From NCBI GenBank assembly GCA_951406725.2, contig OX597831.1:45880001-45944000 (forward strand): a stretch of DNA of 64,000 nt. The letters run 5' to 3'. This DNA is from Octopus vulgaris (Eukaryota). Below the pieces are notes generated by a model, which saw nothing but the letters and a program-made list of their open reading frames with translations, searched no databases and was not told the origin of the DNA. Both the position numbers and the translations under genes were made by a program. Every line of letters starts with the position of its first letter. Within the stretch, counting starts at the first letter, position 1. Positions 11,117 through 41,896 of this stretch are shown piece after piece.

Positions 11117-13409
11117 AGGGAATTTTCTTTGCAGCCATGTGGTTACGTGTTCAGTTTCAGCTCCACTGCATGGCCAAGTAATACTTTGTGAGTGGAATGA
11201 GCAGATGGAAACTGTAGAGGTGTGTGCATGTCTCTGCTTGATGATGGGTATCGGTTCATTCATATCCCCATAATGTTGATACTAATAAAATAATATGGAG
11301 TTGATTTCATTGACTAAACCCATTTCAGGCAGTATACTGTCATGGCCTCAGTATAACAACTGAGACAAGTTAAAGTATGCTGAAAACGCTTACAATTGTT
11401 GGCTATAAACAACAAAAACGTTTGAAAGATAAGAAATAAAAAATTGAGTGAAAGGATTCCGAAGAACTAAAAGAATATCTAAATGCAAAGGAAACATTTT
11501 TTAAACAGAAAATAAGGCAGGGTAATTTTTTAAAAAATTTAACAAAAATGTATTTAAATGGTAGGAGACAAGCAAAGTACTTAAGATTAGTTATTTTACT
11601 GCAGTTTACCCCCCAAAAAAATTTTTTGCTTTATAGTAAAGGTGTAAATATGGGGTTTATTTCATTGACTAAACCCTTTTAGGCAACTCCTGGTTTCCTC
11701 TACTGAGGAAGTCGTTGAGCCAGAAATGAACCTGGGGTTCCAACAGAGTGCCACTGAGCTGCTAAGATACCCTTACCATAAAGGAGAATTTTTTTTTTTT
11801 TTTTTTTTCACTGTGAACTGCAGTGAAATTGCCTTTAGAACTAACATAGTTTCTTTCCTATCACTGCGTTGTACTTTTACTTATATAAAAGTACTTTTGT
11901 TTTGGATATTTTAAGGATTACAAATACATGTATATATGAATTGGTTAAGGAAAGGTTGGGCTTTTTAACAATGCTTACCTGAAATATAAAATTTCTACAT
12001 GAGAACATAGTTATACCATACACCATAGAATAAGTTGTTTCAGGAATAGAACTTATCAATTTGTGAAAAAAATCATGTGATTCTCAGCATTAACAGTATT
12101 AATTACATTGCCTGGATTTCTAACTTAGCCAGAGGCATACAAAAGTTAATTCACGGAATCCAAGTTATACAGTGAATTATGCTCTTGCATAGACTTGAAC
12201 ATGCAAGTTGAGCAGGTGTGTTTGAGGGATTATTTCTCAATCATAAGGGTTTGAGACACTTGTCTGTGAAAATTGTTTGCCAGGTGACCTAGATCTCACT
12301 CTAATCAATGTCCCAAGAAGCTTGAAAATAGTCAATGAAACCCGGCTGCTATATAACCATGTGGGAGGTGAACAAGCTTGTATGAACTTGTTACCTAATA
12401 AAAGATGTGCTTTTCAAGAATCCAGGAGGCTTGCTGGAAGTCAACATTGAAGGTAGGGATGTTTCAAAAGAATAGTAGTTGGGACTAGAGGGGAGAAAAT
12501 ATATTGGGGAGTTGTTACTGCTGGCAACAAAAGCTTCTAACCAAAAAGCTAACTGAATGATTTGTGTGCATACTCCAAGGTTGGAAAGGAATTATTCAAG
12601 TATGCTGCCTTGGACATTAAAGTGTTAAGAGAAAAAGTGGGCATTGCCTGTAGTGAGCAAGAAGAGAAACAGCTATGGATATATGAAGAATAGCTGAGTA
12701 AAGTACTTCTACAGGAGGAAGCCAATGAAATGGTGAGATTTAGTATTTTAAGATGGGCTCAAAAGAAATTATAAGTAGCAAAATACTAATGAACCAGACC
12801 TTGATGCAGTATTATCTCCTATAAGCTTTAAGATTTCAATGACGTGATCGTTTATTTATTATTTTTTTTTGAATGACATCATAGGCGAGGTAAGAGATCA
12901 GATCCAGTCACTTTGGTCAATCAAATGCTTATGGGTTAGAAAAAATAATCATGAGCCGCCCAAGTTAGTGTAATGAAATAATTGGTTGAAGTAAAACCAT
13001 TTACAGGCAGGTACTGTTCATGGCTAAACTCCCTTTAGACATTTGAATGCAGAATATCTATCAGTGAATCGAAAGCAATTTTCGTCCATAGAAATTATTA
13101 CTACTAGTCAAGGGAGATAACTGGAAAAGTGGAACGGTTGAGTACAGTAAAAATTCTGGACAATTCGGTTTCATACCTCCTCGGTGAAGCATTTTCTAAT
13201 ATACTTACCAGGTCTGAGAGGATATACTTTTTGTATGAAAACTTATTCAGATTAAACTATTTAAAAATGACAGAAAAATATCCAACTGTATGCAGGTAAC
13301 GGTAGAATGCACATAGCTGAGTACAGCATCAATGAAACTAGGGGGATTCCTATGTATTGGAGTTATGATAGCAATACTAACAAAACAATTTTAATATTAC
13401 CACCATTCA

Positions 13410-13643
13410 AGACGGTGAGCTGGCAGAGTCGTTAGCACGCTGGGCGAAATGCTTAGCATTATTTCGTCTGCCATTATGTTCTGACTTCAAATTCTGTAGA
13501 GGTCGACTTGGCCTTTCATCCTTTCAGGGTCGATAAATCAAGTACCAGTTATGCATTGAGGTCGATGTAGTCGACTTAATCCGTTTGTCTGTCCTTGTTC
13601 ATGCCCTCTATGTTTAGCCCCTTTTGAGCAATAAAGAAATAAG
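13410..13643 (+). mobile_element. tRNA-derived SINE family 2
   Basis: Head ggtgagctggcagagtcgttagc...ttcaaattc and central block gcctttcatcctttcagggtcgataaa..aagtacc; further copies at 16775-17225, 33708-34345, 49007-49222 and 56010-56150. Confidence 0.85.
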
Positions 13644-14813
13644 AATTGTTAGAGCACCAGGTAAAATTTTTAGCATTTTGTCCATCAGGGTCAATAAAAT
13701 AAGTACCAATTGGAGACTGATGTAATCAACTTGCTCCTTTGAAATTGTTGGCCTTGTCCTCATAGTAAATAGAAATGTTATCACTACTCAAGGCAGTGTG
13801 AAGACACATGGCCTAGTGGTTAGAGCAGCAGACTCACAGGTTCAAATCTCAGACTGGGCAATGTGTGTGTTTATGAGCGAAACACAAACTTCTGCTGACT
13901 CTTTCCTCCTGCATCTTGCAGCTCACCGGTATTCCATCCAAGTGGGGAACCTATACACCAAGGAAGCCAGTCATGGCTTGAGAAGGAACAAGCAACAAAA
14001 CTCAAGGCAGTGAGTGTTTAGCTGCATTTTATGTTTTTACATTCTGAGTTCAGTTCAAATTCTGCCATGGTTGACTTTGCTTTTCATCTTTTGGGAGGAG
14101 GGGGGTCAAAAATATATGTACCAGCTGAACACTGAAGTCAATGTAATCAACTTACTCCTGCTCCTGAAATTGCTGGCCTTGTGCCGAAATTTGAAACCAA
14201 TACTACCGCAACTCAATATATAAATGAAAAGTGGGTGCGTCGTTAGCTAATTGGGGGTTAGTGACCAATTCACATTTATAATGACCAAGGTGCTAAAATC
14301 ATCAAAAAAGGACCCCTCATCTAAGTTCTGGAAGTAGTGGCTATATGCTAGGTGTCTGGGAGGGTAGTAAATTATCATAGAGGACAAGTACAAACAATTG
14401 TCTTACTACAAAGAGATACATGACTATTCTGCATTTTATAAGGGAAGATGTAATGGGGTACCAGAGCAAAGAGCAAGGTAGGATATGGGAATGGATCAAG
14501 AGGGGTGGGAGGTTACGAGTATGGTTAGAAATAGGGGCAAAAACCTTGCTGCAGCTGGGAACCAAAGCTTCTCACCCAGAGGTACCAGAAATATTCAAAA
14601 AGGTGATAAGAAAGGAAAGGAAAAAAAACTCGCAACATATTTTGAAATAACATTTATTATCAAATTTTCATAAGAAATTTTATTTAAAATAAAAAGGAAG
14701 ATATGAAACGAAGGCCATCTTGCATTATTTGTGTTCAGTCATCCACGTTAGCTCACTGAGCTTAATAAACCTAACACTCCTGGCCTAATAAACGTCCTCA
14801 AACCATCTTATGT

Positions 14814-32325
<17,512 letters not shown>

Positions 32326-32399
32326 GGTTTACTTCGCAAGCAAATAACCAAGTTGGATAAGATGAAATTGGACTGCTGTAGTAGTACGTGTAAGAGATG

Positions 32400-33085
32400 A
32401 ACGAAGAGAGAGAAAGATATATAGAGGTGTATAAGCTGACAAAGAGAGAGATAGAGCTTTAAGAGAGAGAGGGGAAATTGCGAGATAAAAGAGAGAGTTA
32501 TATATAAAGTAAAAGAGAGGAGAAATATATATATATATAGAGAGAGAGAGGGGGGAAATATATAGAGAGAGTGGGGGGAATATATATATAGAGAGAGAGA
32601 GGGGGAATATATATATATATATAGAGAGAGAGGGGGAATATATAGAGAGAGTGGGGGAATATATATATATATAGAGAGAGAGAGGGGGAGACAAATATAT
32701 TTTTCTGTGTGTGTATATATATATATATAAAATAGAAGAGAGGGGTCAGAGTGATATAGTTATATATAAAGTATGAGAGAGGGGAGAGATATAGTCATAT
32801 ACAAAGTAAGAGAGAGGAGAGAGATAACTATATACAAAATAAGACAGAGAGGAAGAAAGAGATTTATATTGAGAGAAAGAGAGAGGGAGAGAGAAATACT
32901 TATATAAAGAGAGGGTGAATAGAGATATAAAATATATAATTTAACAGAGAGGGGGGGGATTGCGAGATTAGAAAGAAAGAGAGAGAGGGAAAAGAAATTT
33001 GAGCGAGAAAAGGCGAGATTAAATAGAGAGGGAGAAAATGAGAGAGTAACTGTGAAATTAGAAGAAAATAGAAAGAGACAGAGAG
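32400..33085. repeat. Compound (GA)n/(TA)n/G-run purine-rich tract upstream of RPS27-A
   Basis: Repeated units gggggaatatatatatagagagagag; the plus strand is nearly devoid of C. Confidence 0.9.
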
Positions 33086-35349
33086 AAACAGTCACGTATT
33101 CAGCTGATAGTTCCCCTGCTTTAGTTAATATATTTGCTGCACTTTACTCAGAAACATTCCATTTACGCTAGAAAACGAAAAATACTATTCTGAGAACAAC
33201 TTTGTTTTGGATTTGTACAAATCCTATATTAAAAGTTGATGGCTACTGAAATGTGGTTATTCACTTCTTTAGGACTTTAGGGAGAAAATAGTAGAGACTG
33301 AAAATACTTTCTCCTGCTAATTAAACACAAATCCCTTACTAAGGAGAATAAATAGGATATTTTGACGCTATTTGTGTCGAGGGTGAAGTGTTATCTATGG
33401 TTTCAACCCAACATAGAAAAAAAAACTATTTCGCGGGTTCGATTGCTCTGAAAGTAACATCTCTGCTGCTTTTAGTTTCACCAGAATTGAAGTGAAAATG
33501 GTATCTTAACGTAGGGCCCGTGCAATTACAAAAAAGGCGTATTGTCGATAATGTTCAGGTGTTGTTGCTGGCGGAATTTGAACACAAAGAAATGAACTAA
33601 ATATTATCAGGCAACTGTTTCATGAAAAAAAAAGGAAAGAAATGGAATGGTCATAGAAGGAACGCTTTTTAATCCATATCCGATCAGTATGTCTGCCTTA
33701 AGACTAATAATCCTTTCTACTATAGGCAGAAGGCTTGAAATGTTAATGGAGCAGGGGTACTTGTCAATTACATCAATCCCAGTGCTCAACAGGGTAGCTA
33801 TTTCATCGACCCCGGGAGGATGAAAGGCAAAATCCACCTTGGCAGAATCTCAGAATGTAAAGACAAATGAAATGTTAATAAGAATTTTGTCTGGCATGCT
33901 AATAAGTCTGTTAGCCTGCCACCTTAGGATAGCTATTAATAATCCCTTCTATAGACACAAAGCCTGAAAGTTTAGCGCTGGGGGACTAGTTCGTTACATC
34001 GACATTGGTACTTATTTTATCAAACTTGGTGGAATTTGAACTCAGAATGTAAAGTCAGGAAAACTGCTACTAAGCATTTTGTACGACATACTAACAATAC
34101 TGTCTGCTCACCAACTTAGGAAGACTATTGTTTTCGAATGTTAGCAGAAGGCTAGCAATTTCAGAGGAAGGCATAAATCAATTACATCAGTTCCCGTGTT
34201 CAACTGGTATTTATTTTATTGACCCCGAAAGGAGGAAAAGCAAAGTCGACCTCACCAGGATCTGAACTCAAAACATAAAGACGGACAAAATGCTGCTAAG
34301 CATTGTGCCCAGTGTAGTGACAATTCTGCCAACTTGCCGCCTTGCACTTTAGGAAGACTATTGATAGTAATTCATTTATCTTTTACTTGTTTCTGTCATT
34401 AAATTGCGACCATGCTGCAAGCCCATAGCCAGACTTTGGTGCTTGGAGGTGCTTCAGAATATTCTGGGTGGTCACTAATTTTTGTAAATGCTATTTTCTA
34501 AATCTGAGGGTGCACCATTGAACAGTGAGAGGGCAGTGCCATCCAGTGCACCACCTTGAAGGATTAGTAAAACAAATCAACTCCTGCACTTGTTTTAAAG
34601 TCCAGTACTCATTTTATTGGTCACTTTGCTTAACCATTAAGTTACAGGGACATAAACAAAGCAACACCACATCAAATAATAGGAAGGACAAAGACACACA
34701 CACACATATACATCAAGCCTCCGCCTTTTCCATCTACCTCCAGTAGAAGACACTTGCTCAAGGTGCTGTGCAGTGGGACTGAACCTGAAATCACATAGTT
34801 GCAAAGCAAGCTTCTTAAGCTCATTCATGCCTGTGCCTATGCTTCCATTTGTTTTTAATTTAGGCACAGGGCCAGTAATTTTGAGGAGAGAGGATTAATT
34901 GATAATATCTATCCCAGTACTTGAATGGTACTTTATTTTATCAATGAAAGCAAGGATGAAAAACGAAGTTGATCTCAGCAGGATTTGAACTCAGTATGTA
35001 AAGGCTCATAACTAAATCATAACCTGAGTGAGCTAGGTTTCTGTTAGAAGCTAGCAAAAATTTAAGTTGTGTGTAGCCAGATCAAACTGATTTATATTTC
35101 TGATGCCGCACAAAAAACACCCATACTGCTTCCACATAAAAAACACCTTTGCTGGTGCCAGGTATAAAACACCCATGCCAGTGCCATATACAAAGCACCC
35201 ACGCAAGTGCTACGTATAAAGCACCCAGTACACTCTGTAAAGTGGAGGCACATGGCCTAGTGGTTAGAGTAGCAGACTTGTGGTCAAGGGATTGTGGGTT
35301 CGAATCTCAGACCGGGCGATGGGTGTGTTTATGAGCGAAACACCTAAAC

Positions 35350-35673
35350 TCCATGACTGACCATGGGATTACACCTAGAAAGTTACCCTCCCAGGCACAA
35401 GTTCGGGCAAGGTTGTTTATGGAAGACCAGCAGTCGCCCAAGCATACCAGCCTCCCCTCTCCACGCCACCAGTGTTATCCAAGGGAAAGGCAACAGCCGA
35501 TACAACTTAGCACCTGTGATGTCGCAACTCATTGCTACAGCTGAGTGAACTGGCGCAACGTGAAATAAAGTGTCTTGCTCAAGAACACAACTTGCAGCCC
35601 GGTCCAGGATTTGAACTCACAACCTCATGATCGTAAGCTCGACGCTCTAACCACTGAGCCATGCGCCTTCACA
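35350..35673 (-). mobile_element. tRNA-derived SINE family 3
   Basis: gtgaaggcgcatggctcagtggttagagcg...gagttcaaatcc head on the minus strand. Confidence 0.85.
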
Positions 35674-36368
35674 TGCTAAATACTGCATTTTTAGATTGCA
35701 TTGAAGAGAAACACATACACACACACACATACACATACCATCAAAATGGTTTGAATATATTCTTATAGAGTGGCTTGTAGGTTAAAATATCACATGAAAA
35801 TATTTTATAAGAAAGGTGACAATCTTGGGGGACAGTTGTATAGACGACTTAGGCCCTAAGTCTTAGGCTAAAAGAAAATTTGGGCTGGAGTGAAAGGTTG
35901 AGAAAAAAAGTAGCAATTTGGATGAGTCAATGCAATAGGAAGTGAAGAGCAAGGGGAGGGGGAGTAGTGATATAGTGAGAGAAGAGAAAGTAAGTAATTA
36001 AGAGGGGGAATAGTGATGGGATAAGGAAAAAGATATAAGAGAGTGGTTGCAAGAGTGATTTTCAATATAAAGGAAAGGAAAAGAGAGAGAAAGACTAGAG
36101 ATAATGGTGTGAGAGTTACAAAGAGAGTAAAAGATAAAAAGAAAGGAAGAAATGACATAACACAAATCAATATTGTGCAATTTTCTGTTTGGACATTGGA
36201 TGCTTTTCTATTCATAAATGCTTTTTAACCTTTAAAACCTGTCATGTCATATAAAAAAAAATCAGAAATTCCAAACACACTGACAAACTCTCTCTCTCTT
36301 CTCTCTCTCTTCCCCTATTTATGTGCAATCATTGCATAACCACTCATACTCTCAGAAATGTGAGCATA

Positions 36369-36957
36369 GGCACAGGCATGGCTGTGTGATAAGAAGCTTG
36401 CTTCACAACCACGTGGTTCCAGGTTCAGTCCCACTGCATGGCACCTTGGACAAGTGTCTTCTACTATAGCCTCAGGCCAACCAAAACCTTGTGAGTGGAT
36501 GTGGTAGACGGAAACGGAAAGAAGCCCATTGTATATATGTATATATATATATAGGCGCAGGAGTGGCTGTGTGGTAAGTAGCTTGCTTACCAACCACATG
36601 GTTCTGGGTTCAGTCCCAGTGCGTGGCATCTTGGGCAAGTGTCTTCTACTATAGCCTCTCAGGCCGACCAAAGCCTTGTGAGTAGATTTGGTAGACGGAA
36701 ACTGAAAGAAGCCCGTCGTATATATGTATGTATATATATATATATGTGTGTGTCTGTGTTTGTCCCACTAGTATTGCTTGACAACCAATGCTGGTGTGTT
36801 TACGTCGCCGTCACTTAGCGATTCGGCAAAAAAGAGCGATAGAATAAGTACTGGGCTTACAAAGAATAAGTCCCGGGGTTGATTTGTTCGACTAAAGGTG
36901 GTGCTCCAGCATGGCCGCAGTCAAGTGACTGAAACAAGTAAAAGAGAGAGAAAGAGT
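36369..36957 (+). mobile_element. SINE family 1: 5' half (36369-36535) followed by a full copy (36554-36957)
   Basis: Two consecutive heads; the second continues to the aagag tail. Confidence 0.88.
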
Positions 36958-37231
36958 ATATATGCATAAAACTGAGAATGTCAGTCTGCTTGTATGTGCG
37001 CACTCGAGAACTACCCAACTGATTTCATTCAAATTTTACACATGCCTTACTTAGGGACCATGAGTGTCATGGGCCAAAAGTTTTTCAACTTCTTGTCTAA
37101 TGCGAGCCCGGAGCAATCTCTTATCTCGTACACTATTTCAGTATTACATGTCAAGAGTGAAACTAACATTTCTACTGTAATGTGAGATATTTTTCAGTTT
37201 TAATAGTTTCACTATTAATACTTTCGTCATG

Positions 37232-37262
<31 letters not shown>

Positions 37263-38359
37263 CTTTTGTTAGTTTCACTATGTAATTATATACATGTTTG
37301 TATATATGTATAAAGATATATATATATGTGTGTGTGTGTGTATACATATACTTACAACCATAGAAACATTGCCAGATCAGACTGGGCCTGGTGCAGCCTT
37401 CTGGATTCCAAGACCCCGGTTGAACCGTCCAACCCATGCCAGCATGGAAAGCGGACGCTAAACAATGATGATGATGATGATATATTCATATATATATATA
37501 TATTTATCTCTTTGTGTATATATATTTGTATGTATGTGTGTATATATATATATATGTGTGTGTGTGTGTATGTATATTTTTATGTATGTATATATATTTA
37601 TATATAATCCTGAGCAGGGCCAGGTATCTCTGGTAGTATATAGATATTTACTACACTCTCAGAGTGGTTGGCGTTAGGAAGGGCATCCAGCTGTAGAATC
37701 TCTGCCAAATCAGATTGGAGCCTGGTGCAGCCACCTGGCTCACCAGTCCCCAGTCAAACAGTCCAACCCAAGCCAGCATGGAAAGCAGGACATTAAGCGA
37801 TGTTGATGAAGATGATATATATATATGTGTGTGTGTGTCTGTGTTTGTCCCCTCTACCATCGCTTGACAACCAATGTTGGTGTGTTTATGTCTCCGTAAC
37901 TTTGCATTTCAGCAAAAGAGACTGATAAAATAAGTAGTAGACTTGCAAAGAATAAGTCCTGGGGTCAATTTGTTCAACTAAAGGCAGTGTTCCTGTATGG
38001 CCACAGTCAAAATTACCGAAACAAATAAAAGAATTTGTATATAAGTTAGGGTTTTCTTTTTTGGGGTGGGTGGGGAGTTATAGATTTATGTTAACTTCTT
38101 TTCAGAATTCAAGCTTGTTACTTTGTTAATGGCAAGGTAATGAAACTTCTTTGAGTCAAGACAATTCTAGTTGAAGGCTACCAAACTTGCCACACACACA
38201 CAGACAACTTCAGCTTTATATATATATAAATTTATCTATGTATGTTATATGCACATATAGTTATTACTCTGTCCAGTGACAGCAAACTTGTTCTTTCTAA
38301 ATACAGATTCTATTATTTTTTTATGATAATAGTTTTTTTGGAGATTTAAAAAAAATTTT

Positions 38360-38835
38360 TACTCTTTTACTTGTTTCAGTCTTTTGACTGTGGCCATGCT
38401 GGAGCACTGCCTTTAGTCGAGCAAATCGACCCCAGGACTTATTCTTTGTAAGCCTAGTACTTATTCAATCGGTCTCTTTTTCCGAACTGCTAAGTTACGG
38501 GGGACCTAAACACACCAGCATCGGTTGACAAGCGATGTTGGGGGGACAAACATATACACACTCATACATATATATATAGCAAAAACTGTCCGACGAACAG
38601 GAACGTGAAACTCAGAGTAACAGGTTTTGTTGAATTTTCTGCTGCTTTTGAATAAAGTATATGTATATACATATATACGACAGGCCTCTTTCAGTTTCTG
38701 TCTACCAAATCCACTCACAAGGCTTTGGTCGGCCCAAGACTATAGTAGAAGACACTTGCCCAAGGTGTCACACAGTGGGACTGAACCCGGAAGCATGTGG
38801 CTCATAAGCAAGCTACTTACCACACAACCACTCCT
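38360..38835 (-). mobile_element. SINE family 1 with a Penelope-like 3' fragment inserted in its (TA)n tract
   Basis: The SINE halves flank a non-SINE insert at ~38578-38660. Confidence 0.85.
38586..38623 (+). ncRNA. Minimal type I hammerhead-ribozyme-like motif (core variant CCGACGA)
   Basis: ctgt-CCGACGA-acaggaacgt-GAAA-ctcagag-TA-acag: stem I ctgt/acag, stem III actc/gagt; AATAAA follows downstream. Confidence 0.6.
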
Positions 38836-39483
38836 ATTTTTGTATCTAGCATTTTAAAACAAACAATTTTTGAAAAATTGTGCATGTGGCTCCCCTATTT
38901 GGAGACCTATTTTAAACCATCTTTTTGTGCTAACCTGTTTCATCAGTCGATAACCCTTCATTATTATGCTGGAAACTATCATGTGCACAAGTAAATTTAT
39001 ACTCTATATTGTTTGGGACAGAACCAGTGAAAGGGGTAGACGCAGGAAGATGTAGGATGCAGTAGTAAGAAAGGATCTTCAGATGCTGGGCCTTACTGAG
39101 GAGATGGCAAGGGACCATAACTTGTGGTGGTTTGTTGTACTTGAGAAAACACACCAAGCAAAGTAAAATTACAGCTATCCATACATAGAGTCCTGTCCTT
39201 TATGGCCATACTTCATTCCCTCTCCCAGCTGAGAAGCTGGTGCCATGTAAAATGCACTTGTGCCTGTGTCATGATATAAAAAAAAAGTTATGCCAGTGCC
39301 ATGCAAAATGCACCCATGCTGGTGGCACACAAAAAGGCACTCAGTACACTTTGTAAAGTGTTTGGTGTTAGGATGGGTATCTGGCTATAGAAACCATGCC
39401 AAAACAGACAACTGGAGCCTGGACAGCTGCCCAGCTCCTGTCAAACCATCCAACCCATGCCAGCACAGAAAACGGACACTAAA

Positions 39484-39560
39484 CGATGATGATGATGGTG
39501 GTGGCGGCGGCGGTGATGATGATGGTGGTGGTGGTGGTGATGATGATGATGATGATGATT
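39484..39560. repeat. (GAT)n/(GGT)n/(GGC)n trinucleotide tail
   Basis: Expanded tail of an RTE-3'UTR repeat. Confidence 0.9.
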
Positions 39561-40414
39561 GTTTGCTCTTACATGTGACCACTCATCAAAGTAACTAACA
39601 TTGAATGTATTGGGGTTTGCAGTGTTTCTATCTATTTTATTATTTGGGTGTGTCATAAATTTATAGCGCAGCTTAAAATATTGATTGTGTGTGATTTGTT
39701 TATGTCAGTTTACCTTAACGATTTACCTTAGTTTTGGATTGATTTTATTTTATATAGTTATATTAGGGTTGATGGATGCTTGTGGGACTTGATAGACATT
39801 GACAGTATGAACATGGCAAAAGAAAAAAGAAAAATATGGCAATTTACATGTATCAGACACTCTCTTGTCAGGCAAATCCCCAACACTGAATACTAACATT
39901 AACTTTAGACTCATTGCATTCTTCTGTTGTTACAACACTGACACCATTACAATTTACTTGGCACAAATTTTGTTATCCTTATAAAAAATTCTCTCTCAGA
40001 CTCCTAACTAAACACTTTGCGGAAATCTTTCTCCTCCAAATTATCCCTCTGGAATTCCCTCCCTGCTTATGTTTCCCATCCAATCACCAACTTATTTGAG
40101 TTCTATCAATATCAACATTGATCTGTCAATGTTGCCAAGTTGTCCCTAAGGAATTACAAGTATTTATCCTTCCTTGGACTTGATAATAAAAAAAGCATAT
40201 ATGGTGCAACTAGAGGCTATAGGAATAGAATATATTTCATAATATCCAGTTGTAGGATTCATTAGAATCTAGGTATTTCAACATGTAGTATGCTGGGACA
40301 GGCTGGGAAATGAGCTTGCAAACTAAGTTGTTGTTAACTGGCTGTATGTTATAAGTATTCATATACATGTCCACAAGTTAATCAATATATAATTATATAT
40401 AGACAAACATCTAG

Positions 40415-40548
40415 ATCTATATCCATCTATCTATCTTTCTATCTATCTACCTACCTATCTATTTATCTATCTATCTATCTGTCTATCTATCTATCTATCT
40501 ATCTATCTATTTATCTATCTATCTATATCTGTATATATATATACACAC
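40415..40548. repeat. (TATC)n microsatellite
   Basis: Direct read. Confidence 0.95.
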
Positions 40549-40616
40549 ACCAGGATGCCATGATAGATCGTTAGCTCCTACACGCATTTTTTTCTCTCCT
40601 TGTTTTTTTCTGTGTA

Positions 40617-40654
40617 TCTTTCTGTTGAAGAGCGTAGGCTCGAAACGTAAAAGA
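40617..40654 (+). ncRNA. Minimal type I hammerhead-ribozyme-like motif (core variant CTGTTGA) in a Penelope-like 3' fragment (~40550-40750)
   Basis: tcttt-CTGTTGA-a-gagc-gtag-gctc-GAAACGTA-aaaga: perfect stem I and stem II, palindromic ACGT at stem III. Confidence 0.68.
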
Positions 40655-41386
40655 CTTTTTCTATTTCTATTCCTGAGCGCTATATTAATACATTTGTTTG
40701 TTTGTACTCTACCTGCCTTCGTCTTTTGTTTATTTTTGTAAACTTTCCCTTAATACATACATATGTACACACACATGTACCTGATCCAATATCAATTACA
40801 GATCCAACCTCAGGATTGTTCCAAATATGGCATATGTATAGAAGAAGAAAAAAAGTGAAGTTTAAAAATTCACAACAGCTGTTTCAGCAGCATTTTTTAT
40901 TGATGAATACATTGATTATTTCCATTATGTCATGGCAAAAATTCATTGCCATCAGTTGATATTTAAAAAAAATCATATAGGTAGGTAGAGGATGAAATTT
41001 AATTTGACCTTGAAATTGAATCATTTACATACCAATATTATTTTTGCTTAAAATCAACTGATGACAATAGATTTTTGTATTGATGTAATCAAAAGAATTG
41101 ATGTAGTCATCAATAAGAATTCATCTGAAACAGCTGTTGGGAAGTGTATATATATATATCTTAGCCTGCTTGCTTAGCCAGTGGGGTGGTGTCATCTGAA
41201 GGCTAAAACAATGCGAAGCACATTGTGACCAGCGATGTGTAGCAACATTTGATAGTCTGGTCGGTCACAGTGATCTATCTATATATATATATATATATTT
41301 AATTATTAAAGAGGACAACAAACATTAAGGCAAGGCAAACATCTCAAGTCATATACATTATTATTATTATTATTGGAGAAATTTCA

Positions 41387-41444
41387 GTCTTACAGCTGTT
41401 TCTGGGATATCCCAGACTGAATAGGATATTCTGTCATCAGACAC
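41387..41444 (-). ncRNA. Type I hammerhead ribozyme motif (inverted pLTR copy)
   Basis: Reverse complement gtgt-CTGATGA-cagaatatcctattcagtctgggatatccca-GAAACAGCTGTA-agac. Confidence 0.75.
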
Positions 41445-41838
41445 AAATAGGGAAAATGGGAAGGGTGTATATTAATGAAATGACAACATAGAGGAAGGGA
41501 GTAGAGGAACAAGGAGATGAAGGGAGAGAAGAAAAAAGAAACATAAAAGTTCATAGTTCAACTTTCCGATGTTGTAGAAACAAATGCCTAAGTCCTTAGG
41601 TACAATCCTGTAGAGATCCATGTTGGTTAAAATCCGGATATTATAAGCATCCAGAGAAAAAAGACGCAAACATATCTTATGTTCAATAACGGCATCTACA
41701 ACATCGGAAAGTTGAACTATAAACTTTTATGCTTCTTTTTTCTTCTCTCTCTTCATCTCCTTATTCCTTTAGTCCCTTCCTTTATGTTGTCATTTCATTA
41801 ATATACACCCTTCTCATTTTCCCTATTCTTCCCTATTT

Positions 41839-41896
41839 GTCTCTGATGACAGAATATCCCATTCACTCTGGGATATCCCAGAAACAGCTGTAAGAC
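41839..41896 (+). ncRNA. Type I hammerhead ribozyme motif with canonical core
   Basis: gtct-CTGATGA-[atatccca/tgggatat stem II]-GAAAC-agct-GTA-agac; predicted cleavage after 41892. Confidence 0.8.

Noticed and set aside
32329-33095. ORFs of 121 and 111 aa rich in S/L/Y/I
   Set aside because: Microsatellite translations.
35242-35320. tRNA-like sequence (tggcctagtggttagag...ggttcgaatc)
   Set aside because: It is the head of a tRNA-derived SINE with no complete acceptor stem; similar heads occur at 13796, 58450 and 63560.
39290-39656. ORFs with poly-His, poly-Asp/Gly and poly-Pro/Ser
   Set aside because: They are translations of the (GAT/GGT)n tail of a retro-repeat.
41058-41139. CTGATGA...GAAACAGCTGTT as another hammerhead
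   Set aside because: No stem I pairing and no clean stem II; it is explained by the arm of the local inverted repeat.
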